From the NCBI GenBank assembly GCA_012516785.1, contig JAAYWH010000096.1:1-24000 (forward strand): a stretch of DNA of 24,000 bases. The letters are read 5' to 3'. How positions within the stretch are numbered: position 1 is the first letter of the stretch; the number at the start of each line of letters is the position of its first letter. This stretch comes from Methanomicrobiales archaeon (lineage in GTDB: Archaea; Halobacteriota; Methanomicrobia; Methanomicrobiales; Methanospirillaceae). Both the position numbers and the translations under genes were made by a program. The notes beneath the pieces were generated by a model. The model was not told where the DNA came from. It worked only from the letters and a program-made list of their open reading frames with translations, and did no database searches. Positions 15,849 through 23,709 of the stretch are shown here, in pieces.

Positions 15849-16730
15849 TTAAACGTCAGTGCTCCCGAAAAATTGTTCATACCTCACCTTCATATCATTC
15901 CAGTCCGCGAGGTTGGTCTGGCATCCCTCGACTTCCACGGCATAGGATGCTGTCACCGTGCCAATCCTGCAACAGACAACAGGGGGAAGTCCTTTGGTAT
16001 ATGCGGTGAGAAATCCTGCCCGATATGCATCGCCTGCACCGGTGGGGTCAGCCAGCCTCACCGGGATGGCAGGGATATGTATGCTCTTCCCCTCCTGGTA
16101 AAGCGTGCTGCCGTCTGCACCGCTGGTAAAGACAGCCATGGGAACTATTGTCGTAAGGTCATCGAGGGAGAGGTCCATCATCCGGCACATGCTCTCAACC
16201 TCATGCTGGTTGGCAAAAAGGAGCGAGATCTTTGAGATGATCGAATAGAGCTGTTCAGCCGAATATCGGTGAAGATCCTGCCCGGGATCGAACGATGAGA
16301 ATCCCGCATTTTCCGCCACTTTCATATTAAATTCGGGATCTGCGGTAGCCATGTGTACGAAAGGAAACGCTGGCGGATCAGAGACTTTGAAAATTTCAGA
16401 AGCTCCCCATTCAAAGAACGTAATCTGATCTCCCAGGGGATCGGTGAACATGAATGCAGTCGGTGTGTTCTTTCCGGAGACCGTATAAAATTTTGTATTT
16501 ACGCCATTTTCCTTCAGCCAGGTCTCATACGCGCTTCCGGGGAAGTCGCTGCCGACTGCACTTACAAGGGTAACTTCACCGCCGAGCCGGGCTATCCCAG
16601 TCGCGATATTAGCTGCACCTCCCCCAAAGAGAACTTTACGGTGAAGGATGGTCGACGATCCATTTTTTGCAGGGAGGGCAGAGACCCGGGAGATGTGATC
16701 AACTGCCGTATGACCGACAATATGAATCAT
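15849..16730 (-). CDS. PfkB/ribokinase-family carbohydrate or nucleoside kinase (293 aa)
   Basis: N-terminal GG motif ([11 protein letters not shown]) and C-terminal ...[14 protein letters not shown]... ATP/anion-hole motif. I prefer ATG 16730 (MIHIVGH...) over the track's TTG 16739, because it forms an ATGA overlap with the upstream stop. Confidence 0.85.
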   Translation of the reverse strand: MIHIVGHTAVDHISRVSALPAKNGSSTILHRKVLFGGGAANIATGIARLGGEVTLVSAVGSDFPGSAYETWLKENGVNTKFYTVSGKNTPTAFMFTDPLGDQITFFEWGASEIFKVSDPPAFPFVHMATADPEFNMKVAENAGFSSFDPGQDLHRYSAEQLYSIISKISLLFANQHEVESMCRMMDLSLDDLTTIVPMAVFTSGADGSTLYQEGKSIHIPAIPVRLADPTGAGDAYRAGFLTAYTKGLPPVVCCRIGTVTASYAVEVEGCQTNLADWNDMKVRYEQFFGSTDV

Positions 16731-17065
16731 AACTCGCAAACTTCTTTGACGAGGAGAGGAACATCACGGAGCGCCTTTCCCACCACGGATTTCGCTATCT
16801 TTGCTGCATGATCCTGCGAGTCAGCCCTGAATACTTTCATCTCGAGCAGCAGACCAACAAGGGCAGTATTTGCGACAATAAGTGCACTATTCAGTTCTCC
16901 CTCGCAGAATGGACATTCGAGCATTCCTGCTCCAATCTCAACATATTTGGCTGAGGGATTCAGCCTTTTGCCTGCTTCACTGATGGCTATCCCTACCGCG
17001 TCATCGAGGGACTTCACATCCTTGATCACCCAGGCTGATTCCAGTGTTACAACATAATCAGGCAT
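16727..17065 (-). CDS. UPF0212 / DUF555 family archaeal protein (112 aa)
   Basis: [37 protein letters not shown]...ECPFCEGE...LLEMKVF...[18 protein letters not shown] matches the conserved archaeal UPF0212 pattern. The real start is ATG 17065; the track's GTG 17149 extension lies inside the nitroreductase gene. Confidence 0.8.
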   Translation of the reverse strand: MPDYVVTLESAWVIKDVKSLDDAVGIAISEAGKRLNPSAKYVEIGAGMLECPFCEGELNSALIVANTALVGLLLEMKVFRADSQDHAAKIAKSVVGKALRDVPLLVKEVCEL

Positions 17066-17597
17066 TGTGGTACCACTCCTCAATATGAACATGCTCGCTG
17101 ACCGCCATCCGCTCAGTAAGCTGTGAAGGCAGCCTCCCTTTCCCGACACAGAGGAGCGCTATCGGACGAATATGAGGGGGAAGGAAGACGATCTCCCTGA
17201 CAGTCTCCTCATCGAATGCACCGACCCAGCAGGTTCTGATCTGGAGGGCATGAGCTGCAAGCATCAGGTATGTGCAGGCGATGGTTGCATCCTGAACCGC
17301 GTAAAGAATACCCCGATCTCCATACCGGGACATGGATCGCACGTAGTTTGCACAAATGACGAATACTGCAGGGGCGTTCAACACCTGCAGCTGCCCCATT
17401 GCAGCGTCGGACAACGCTTCTTTCCTCCCTGCATCCCGGACCAGCACCGTATCCCATGCTTCAAGATTCCCCGCGCTTGGGGCGGTTGTCACGCAATCCA
17501 GGAGGTACGTGATCTCTTCATCACTGATATTTTCATCGCTGTATTCACGGACAGAGCAGCGTGAGTTCAGGAATTCAAGATATTCAGAGGAGTCCAT
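17058..17597 (-). CDS. Nitroreductase-family (FMN-dependent) oxidoreductase (179 aa)
   Basis: ...[43 protein letters not shown]... and the overall length are typical of the NADH/flavin nitroreductase fold. Confidence 0.85.
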   Translation of the reverse strand: MDSSEYLEFLNSRCSVREYSDENISDEEITYLLDCVTTAPSAGNLEAWDTVLVRDAGRKEALSDAAMGQLQVLNAPAVFVICANYVRSMSRYGDRGILYAVQDATIACTYLMLAAHALQIRTCWVGAFDEETVREIVFLPPHIRPIALLCVGKGRLPSQLTERMAVSEHVHIEEWYHNA

Positions 17598-17940
17598 TGT
17601 CCGCCAGCACCTTCCAGGCTCCCTGTGCAGCTGTCGTGGCTGCGCTGATAGCTTCAGATAATTTTAATACCGCTGAACCGTACTGATCGCTCCCAGAGAG
17701 GCTGATTGCCTCGTTCAAAAAACCGATCCCTTTTTTGAACTCTGCCCTTTCTGTGTCCCTGAAAGCAAATTCAAGTTCTGAACGAACGGATTCGATGACC
17801 AGGAGGAGCATCCGTTTCGCACCGGGTCTTTCCTGTTCCGGAAATCCGGCAAGGGCATTTAAGAGCTGGGAGCAGACGATCAGCTCTGATTTTGCACGCT
17901 CGGCAAACTGGTAGGTTTTTATAGCAGTCTTCAGATCCAT
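17584..17940 (-). CDS. Hypothetical, predicted all-alpha protein (118 aa)
   Basis: ATG 17940 (the track begins two codons earlier at GTG 17946). Its stop overlaps the nitroreductase start by 14 nt, which supports expression. No family recognised. Confidence 0.6.
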   Translation of the reverse strand: MDLKTAIKTYQFAERAKSELIVCSQLLNALAGFPEQERPGAKRMLLLVIESVRSELEFAFRDTERAEFKKGIGFLNEAISLSGSDQYGSAVLKLSEAISAATTAAQGAWKVLADNGLL

Positions 17941-17995
17941 GCTCACTCTATCAGCTCATCCGGTGATGAGTGTTGCGGCATTGTTGGATAGTTCC

Positions 17996-18012
17996 AAAAA
18001 AAATAAAAAAAA
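17996..18012 (-). terminator. Strong oligo-T terminator (T8-A-T8 on the minus strand) after the RGG-protein gene
   Basis: Plus-strand A8-T-A8 at 17996-18012, starting 12 nt after the TAA stop (18026-18024). It splits the long co-directional gene block into two transcription units. The T/A-rich run could also act as the TATA element for the downstream unit. Confidence 0.6.
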
Positions 18013-18023
18013 GGATCAGACTA

Positions 18024-18347
18024 TTAACGGGCCGATTTCTGTTTGGCACCCAAAATCGATGCTTTTGCCCTGCGCATCGGTCTGCGGATCATGGGATTTG
18101 CGGCGGGTCCCTGTTCCGAACGCCCTCCGCGAGATCCTCTTCCTCCTCGTCCACCCCGGGAACCTCCCCTTCTGGGGCCGCCCCTCCCATCACCGGTCGC
18201 AGCCTCAAGTTTCTTGAGTGAAGCCCCTGCTTTGAACCGCTGGTTCGGCCCTGCCCGCTTCAATTCACCTTCCGCTTTAGGCACAAGCCGGATCTGACCT
18301 TTCACACCCTTTACCTGCACCCACAGTACTGATCCTGTCTTACCCAT
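18024..18347 (-). CDS. Small basic protein with an RGG/RG-rich low-complexity segment (107 aa), putative nucleic-acid binding
   Basis: ATG 18347 with GGAG 8 nt upstream, 36 nt after the gatE stop. Sequence: MGKTGSVLWVQVKGVKGQIRLVPKAEGELKR...GDGRGGPRRGGSRGGRGGRGSRGGRS...PMIRRPMRRAKASILGAKQKSAR. There are five RGG triplets within 25 residues (nt ~18120-18194). Confidence 0.65.
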   Translation of the reverse strand: MGKTGSVLWVQVKGVKGQIRLVPKAEGELKRAGPNQRFKAGASLKKLEAATGDGRGGPRRGGSRGGRGGRGSRGGRSEQGPAANPMIRRPMRRAKASILGAKQKSAR

Positions 18348-18383
18348 ATGGAAAACTCCTTTATTGTTATGTCAGGCGTTCTC

Positions 18384-20243
18384 TTAAACCTTGTCACCGG
18401 GTGTATTGGGGGAGATCTCCCGGGAGATCTCTTCCTTCAGGACCTGGCTTACCACCCGACCATCGACTGAACCTCTTACCTCTGCCATGACAATCCCCAT
18501 GAGAGGCCCAAGAGATCCCATGCCTTTCTCCCTGACAAAGTCACGTCTCTCCCGCACGACCCTGCGGACAATTTCTTCAAGCCTGCTCCGAGAAACGGCC
18601 GGGGCACATTCGGAAATAGCCTCAGAAACACTGGTTCCCGCCCCTACTTTTTCAAGGATCACCGGTACTGCTTCCTTCGCAGCCCTCCCCTCTTCTACTG
18701 CTTTCAATACCATCAGGATATTCTCAGCTGACAGGCAGGAGATATCTGAACCCCCCCGTGCGAGTTCCTTTCTGCTTGAGAGCAGGGTCCGTGCAGCAAG
18801 GGAGGGAGCAATACCCTCCGAGACTGCCCTTTCAAAAAGAAATACCTGGTCTGATGATGCAAGCTGCGAAGCGAGGGCTGGATCAATATGAAGCTCACGG
18901 ACAAACCGCTCAGCTTTTTTGACGAGCAGTTCCGGAACGGGGAGGTTCTCGTACCATGTGGGCTCTATCCGGACGGGAAAGACATCAGTTTCGGGATACA
19001 TGCGGGCAGCTCCAGGCAGAGGCCTCATATATGACGTGCTTCCTCCCTCAAGCATCTTCCTGGTCTCTTCGGGTACACCAGTCAATGCGGTCTTAGCCCT
19101 CTTAATCACCTGCATTGCCGAACAATGTGCTTTCTTACCGTCCGCAGCGACAATCACAATGCATTCATCCGATCCGCCACTGATCTGCATGAAAAGACGG
19201 TCGACTTCATCACGTGTTATCCCATATGCGGGGAGTTCATCGGTGTGGAAAATTCCTCCTACCCCACATTTCTTGGCATAATCCGAGAATTCACTCCCAA
19301 GTCTTCTTCCTGGCTGGATCTCTCTTCCGACAAGCCCGGCGAATCCCGGCAGTCGGACAGCAAGGATACATTGCGCTTTTTTCAGTATCGTTGAAGAGGA
19401 AGCGGAAAAAATTTTTGTGACATCAACAGGCTCTGTGATGACAGTTGCTTGCCGTGAAAGAAGTTCATTCCTGATGTCAACAAGATTTTTCTGTCTTAGT
19501 ACCTCCCGTTGAACCACTTCTGCTATCAGGTCCAGTTCCTGCACTCCCTTGATCTCCACGCGGGCTCCTTCTGCTATCGAGATATTGATGTCCTGCCGGA
19601 TAGTACCGAGCCCTCTTTTGACCCTCCCCGTTGATCGGAGCACCATACCCAGATATCCGGCAATCTCGCGGACCTCATCAGGGGTCTTCATACAGGGGGA
19701 AGTCGTGATCTCAACGAGCGGAATTCCGAGTCGGTCAAGGGAGAAGGTATCTCCGTCAACCCTCTGTGCAGCTTCTTCTTCGAGGCAGATGGTTTCTATT
19801 TTGCCCCCGTTAGGGAGGATCCCGTCAACAGCGATAAGCGCCGTTCTCTGGAATCCGCTTGTGTTCGATCCATCGATAACGAGTTTCCGCATGGTATGGA
19901 TCTGTTCGACAGGGGTCATTTCAAAAAGGCGCGATATGATGCAGGCAAGCTCAAGCGCTTCTTGGTTTAGGGGTGCAGGTGGCTCCTCGTCATACTCAAC
20001 GAGGCAGGTCGTGTCATAGCCGAAGTAACAGAACATCCGCTCCTGCTTCATCTCCTCCTTTGCTGCCGCGTCAATTTCGCCAAGTTCACTCTCGGTCGCT
20101 CTCAAATAACGGAAAAATTCCTTGTCATGCTCATCAATTGTTCTGAGCGTGGTGGGACAGTTACAGAAGAGCTTCTGCGCGGTGTTCAGCTGCTGGTGAA
20201 TCTCAATGCCAGCTTTGAGCCCGACCTTGCCAAAATCGATCAA
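18384..20243 (-). CDS. gatE: Glutamyl-tRNA(Gln) amidotransferase subunit E (GatE)
   Basis: ...VGLKAGIEIHQQLNT..KLFC.CP... N-terminus, and full-length GatB/E-like core plus C-terminal YqeY-like tail. No ATG is available. TTG 20243 (GGAG 6 nt upstream, TTGA overlap with the gatD stop) gives the family-typical N-terminus M-IDFGKVGLK. The track's GTG 20261 is the alternative. Confidence 0.95.
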   Translation of the reverse strand: MIDFGKVGLKAGIEIHQQLNTAQKLFCNCPTTLRTIDEHDKEFFRYLRATESELGEIDAAAKEEMKQERMFCYFGYDTTCLVEYDEEPPAPLNQEALELACIISRLFEMTPVEQIHTMRKLVIDGSNTSGFQRTALIAVDGILPNGGKIETICLEEEAAQRVDGDTFSLDRLGIPLVEITTSPCMKTPDEVREIAGYLGMVLRSTGRVKRGLGTIRQDINISIAEGARVEIKGVQELDLIAEVVQREVLRQKNLVDIRNELLSRQATVITEPVDVTKIFSASSSTILKKAQCILAVRLPGFAGLVGREIQPGRRLGSEFSDYAKKCGVGGIFHTDELPAYGITRDEVDRLFMQISGGSDECIVIVAADGKKAHCSAMQVIKRAKTALTGVPEETRKMLEGGSTSYMRPLPGAARMYPETDVFPVRIEPTWYENLPVPELLVKKAERFVRELHIDPALASQLASSDQVFLFERAVSEGIAPSLAARTLLSSRKELARGGSDISCLSAENILMVLKAVEEGRAAKEAVPVILEKVGAGTSVSEAISECAPAVSRSRLEEIVRRVVRERRDFVREKGMGSLGPLMGIVMAEVRGSVDGRVVSQVLKEEISREISPNTPGDKV

Positions 20244-21469
20244 AGGGATCTCCCCCCGCACTCACCTTTCAGGCAGGACCTCATCATAACCGCAGCACGT
20301 TCAGGATCCTTTTCGTTGCCAAGAACCCACATCTGTTTTACTAGGGCAACCTCAGGGAGGATATCTCCTCCCTCAATGGCTCCTGCTTTTATCAGATCAC
20401 GGCCGGTATCATACACCCTGTCACATACCCTCCCGTGAAGGCATTGCGATGTCATAACCACCATAGTGCCATCATCGACCAGTTCCTTTATAGTCGGGAT
20501 GAGTAAGGTGCTGACGTGACCAAGACCGGTTCCTGCAATAATGAGCCCTTTATAATCGGAAAAGGAAGTGAAGGCTTCCGGGGGCATTCCGGGATAAAAA
20601 TGGAGGAGTCCGCATCTCTCTTCAAGAGAAGCGGCAAGGGATGGTTCCTGTGTTCCTCTCCGGATGGCTGCAGGTTCGAGGTGTACCTCGAGGGAAGGAT
20701 AACTCACCCTTCCAATGGGAGGAATACCGATACTCTCAAAAGCGCTCCTGCGGGAGGTATGCATCTTTCTCACCCTGGTCCCCCGATGAATATGGCACGT
20801 GTCATCACTCATTGTTCCATGCATCACGACAACGACTTCGCCAAGGTCGCTCACGGCAGCACTCGCACTGCAGAGGGCATTTATGGTGTTATCGCTGCTC
20901 GGGCGATCCGCCGACCGCTGTGAACCCACAAAAATAACAGGGACCGGGGTGTCGATCATGAAGCTCAACGCTGCAGCACTGTATGCCATTGTGTCAGTTC
21001 CATGGGTGACGATGATCCCGGACGAACCGTTCCTGATCTCCTGGAAGACTGCTTCCGCAAGTTCCTTCCAGATAGCCGGATTCATGTTCTCTGATAATAT
21101 CGTGTACAGCTTCCTGGCCCGGTAGCGGGCGATGGTGACAAGCCTTGGTATTGCCCTGATGATATCTTCAGCGTCGAACTGGCTGGTAACTGCCCCAGTC
21201 CGGTAATCGATCCTGCTTGCGATCGTTCCTCCGGTCGATACAATAGAGAGCTGAGGGAGCGCTTCATTCTGGGTCACCGCAACAGGTGATGTCGAAGTGA
21301 TATCAGGGCGCGTTACAAGGCAGATCTCATCGAGTGATACTCCTATATTGTAGCCGCTGTCCAGCTTTATCGTCGCCATCCCATCCCGCATGGTGATAAA
21401 TGTCCCGGAACGATCGGTGTTACCATGCCGACAGAGCACGATATCCCCAGGATGGAACTCATTGTTCAA
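20240..21469 (-). CDS. gatD: Glutamyl-tRNA(Gln) amidotransferase subunit D (GatD)
   Basis: Asparaginase-like motifs STGGTIAS and VTHGTDTM, plus an N-terminal GatD-specific domain. The TTG start at 21469 has AAGGAGGG (21483-21476) 7 nt upstream, inside the 3' end of argH. Confidence 0.95.
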   Translation of the reverse strand: MNNEFHPGDIVLCRHGNTDRSGTFITMRDGMATIKLDSGYNIGVSLDEICLVTRPDITSTSPVAVTQNEALPQLSIVSTGGTIASRIDYRTGAVTSQFDAEDIIRAIPRLVTIARYRARKLYTILSENMNPAIWKELAEAVFQEIRNGSSGIIVTHGTDTMAYSAAALSFMIDTPVPVIFVGSQRSADRPSSDNTINALCSASAAVSDLGEVVVVMHGTMSDDTCHIHRGTRVRKMHTSRRSAFESIGIPPIGRVSYPSLEVHLEPAAIRRGTQEPSLAASLEERCGLLHFYPGMPPEAFTSFSDYKGLIIAGTGLGHVSTLLIPTIKELVDDGTMVVMTSQCLHGRVCDRVYDTGRDLIKAGAIEGGDILPEVALVKQMWVLGNEKDPERAAVMMRSCLKGECGGRSL

Positions 21470-22943
21470 GGGCGACCCTCCTTGTTTCGAAGATGAGGTT
21501 GTCTATCGCCTCTTTCAGTGCCATTGCCAGCTGATCAGTCCTGTGCCGATCGTCATCAAGCCGCTTTTTCCGCTCATCAATGGCTCTCTTGACAGAGAAG
21601 GATGAAGGACTTCCAGGGGCGATTTTCAGATTGATACTCTTTTCAACATCGAGTGCGTCCATGATATCCGTATCCTGAATAGTACTCCCTGGCAACGGAG
21701 AGCCGGTGATGCTTACCGATGCTTCATCAAGGTGGTGCCTGTCCAGACCCCCGTTCTGGACTGCTCTCCCGACGATGCTATGGGCAGTGCGGAAAGGAAG
21801 ACCACATCTCCTCACAAGCATGTCGGCTAGATCCGTTGCGGTTGAGTAGCTTTTTCCTGCTTCCTCCCTCATCCGCTCACGGTCGAAAGAGGCGGTCAGG
21901 AGCATCCCGTTCAGCAGGCTGGTGCTCTGGCGTGCATCCTCAATTCCCCGGATGAGAGAGGGGGTGAGCTCCTGAAGATCCCGGTTATAGCTCATGGGAA
22001 GCCCTTTCATGAGCGCAGCAGCGGACGTGTATGCGCCAATAAGTGAGGCTGCCTTAGCACGCATAATCTCAGCAAAGTCCGGATTTTTCTTCTGGGGCAT
22101 GATAGAACTCGTGGAACAGAAAGCATCATTGAGCGAGATGAACCCTGCAAAAGGAGAACTCCAGATGATCAGTTCTTCACAGAGCCGGCTGATCCCTACC
22201 ATCATAATCGAAAGACTGGAGAGCGTTTCAAGGGCGAAATCCCGCGATGAAACGGCATCCATGGTATTTTCAAGTACACCATCAAAACCCAGCAGCTGTG
22301 CAACATATCCTCTGTTCACCGGATATCCTGTTGATGCAAAAGCCGCGGCTCCAAGAGGAGACTGGTTGACGCGGGAATAACCTTCGGACAACCGTTCGCA
22401 GTCCCGGGAGAATGCCTGTTCATAGGCCAGAAGGTGGTGGGCGAGCGTGGTAGGCTGGGCATACTGCAGATGGGTAAATCCAGGCATTACCGTCTCCCTG
22501 TGCTCTTCGGCAAGGGAGAGAAGTGTCTGCCTCAACCTGATGAGAAGAGAGAGTTGACGGATCAGATCTTCTCTCAGTCGGATACGCAGACAGGCGGCTA
22601 CCTCATCATTCCGCGATCTTCCCATATGCATCCTTCCGCCCGTCTCTTCACCCACCATGGCGATCAGGAAGGCCTCGATCCCTGCATGAATATCCTCATA
22701 CTCATCCTCGAATACTGACTCGGGGATCCCCTCATCATACAGTTTGAGGAGTGCAGCGAGCAATGGCCGGGTTGTCACCCCATCAAGAATCCGCTGTTTT
22801 GACAGCATCATCACATGCGCTATATCGACAAGGATATCAGCTTCGGCGATATGCCGGTCAGCAGCCATAGATGAGAGAAAATGTATCATCTCCCCGGTCC
22901 GCTCTCCAGAGAGCCGCCCTCTCCGCACCACATCATTGCCCAT
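21459..22943 (-). CDS. argH: Argininosuccinate lyase (494 aa)
   Basis: Fumarate-lyase signature ...TSSIMPQKKNPD..., and an ArgH-type N-terminus RRGRLSGERTGEMIHFLSS. ATG 22943 (GAGGT 9 nt upstream) is preferred over the track's GTG 22994, which would overlap the upstream gene. Confidence 0.95.
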   Translation of the reverse strand: MGNDVVRRGRLSGERTGEMIHFLSSMAADRHIAEADILVDIAHVMMLSKQRILDGVTTRPLLAALLKLYDEGIPESVFEDEYEDIHAGIEAFLIAMVGEETGGRMHMGRSRNDEVAACLRIRLREDLIRQLSLLIRLRQTLLSLAEEHRETVMPGFTHLQYAQPTTLAHHLLAYEQAFSRDCERLSEGYSRVNQSPLGAAAFASTGYPVNRGYVAQLLGFDGVLENTMDAVSSRDFALETLSSLSIMMVGISRLCEELIIWSSPFAGFISLNDAFCSTSSIMPQKKNPDFAEIMRAKAASLIGAYTSAAALMKGLPMSYNRDLQELTPSLIRGIEDARQSTSLLNGMLLTASFDRERMREEAGKSYSTATDLADMLVRRCGLPFRTAHSIVGRAVQNGGLDRHHLDEASVSITGSPLPGSTIQDTDIMDALDVEKSINLKIAPGSPSSFSVKRAIDERKKRLDDDRHRTDQLAMALKEAIDNLIFETRRVALEQ

Positions 22944-22984
22944 CCAAATTATACCTCTGGTACTAAGAGGAACGGGAAAAAAGA

Positions 22985-23518
22985 TTAAGGCCACGCCTTG
23001 CGGGCAGCAAGCTCGATGGCACGCTGCACCGATTCACGCGGGATGATAGTGGCTACAGGAATATGCACCAGCTGCTCGATAATGCTGGAGACTATCGGGG
23101 CACATACAATGGCGGTAGCCCCTTCGCGTTCAGCCCGGACCGCAGCCACGATAGCGTCTTCCATGGTATGTACAGGGTACTCACGAATCCTGATGCGATG
23201 CCCGTCCACTTCCGCGTTTCTTTCCTGAACGGTATCAAGGACAGGCCTTGCAGCGATCAGGCCGATGAACTCTCCTTCTCCCAGCCGTTCAAAATACTGG
23301 AGAGCATGGACTATAGCACGAAGAGTAGAGAGATTGGGTGAACGGTGACCATGAAGGATCTTGTAGAGGGAACTCTGGGCAACACCACTCTTTTCAGCGA
23401 GTTCGCGTACACTGATCCTCACCTCGTTCTTCATAATCTGATTGAGCGTCCGGACGAACTCCTGGTCAGATATGAGAGCGGCGCGCATAAGACGGTTTAC
23501 AGGATCACTGAGCACCAT
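22985..23518 (-). CDS. XRE-type helix-turn-helix transcriptional regulator with a C-terminal alpha/beta domain (~177 aa)
   Basis: HTH: ...ISVRELAEKSGVAQSSLYKILHGHRSPNLSTLRAIVHAL.... The first 13 codons of the track ORF (from 23557) contain a minus-strand BRE/TATA (CAAAAATG-TTATATAT, 23562-23547). This makes ATG 23518 a near-leaderless start. ATG 23488 is a further alternative. Confidence 0.75.
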   Translation of the reverse strand: MVLSDPVNRLMRAALISDQEFVRTLNQIMKNEVRISVRELAEKSGVAQSSLYKILHGHRSPNLSTLRAIVHALQYFERLGEGEFIGLIAARPVLDTVQERNAEVDGHRIRIREYPVHTMEDAIVAAVRAEREGATAIVCAPIVSSIIEQLVHIPVATIIPRESVQRAIELAARKAWP

Positions 23519-23546
23519 GAGTATACAGAAGGGATAATGTGTATCG

Positions 23547-23554
23547 ATATATAA
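23547..23554 (-). promoter_or_regulatory. TATA box (TTATATAT) for the HTH regulator gene
   Basis: Its centre is about 32 nt upstream of ATG 23518, with A-rich BRE-like sequence immediately upstream on the minus strand. Confidence 0.45.
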
Positions 23555-23673
23555 CATTTTTGTGCAAATTGTAATTGTATTTGGCCAATTATGGACAGAT
23601 AAATCATAATAGTGATATTATTGTATAATATTGTTTATTAATTAATACAAATATAGAATTCTATTGGGTCAAT

Positions 23674-23688
23674 AGGAGAATTTATACT
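23674..23688 (+). promoter_or_regulatory. BRE/TATA (AGGAGAA-TTTATACT) for the substrate-binding protein gene; mRNA probably leaderless
   Basis: The TATA centre (~23684) is 26 nt upstream of ATG 23710. There is no SD sequence upstream of the ATG. Confidence 0.45.
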
Positions 23689-23709
23689 CCACTAATATGA
23701 GTAATATTC

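Noticed and set aside
17939-18297. Three overlapping plus-strand ORFs (82-92 aa, Pro-rich)
   Set aside because: They are antisense or frame-shifted shadows of the GC-rich RGG-coding repeat. Only the minus-strand frame has an SD, an ATG and operon context.
22944-22994. N-terminal extensions implied by the ORF track (ArgH from GTG 22994, UPF0212 from GTG 17149, PfkB from TTG 16739)
   Set aside because: The extensions overlap upstream genes and add non-conserved residues. Downstream ATGs restore family-typical N-termini, and two of the three have explicit signal support: an SD (GAGGT) for argH and an ATGA stop/start overlap for the PfkB gene.
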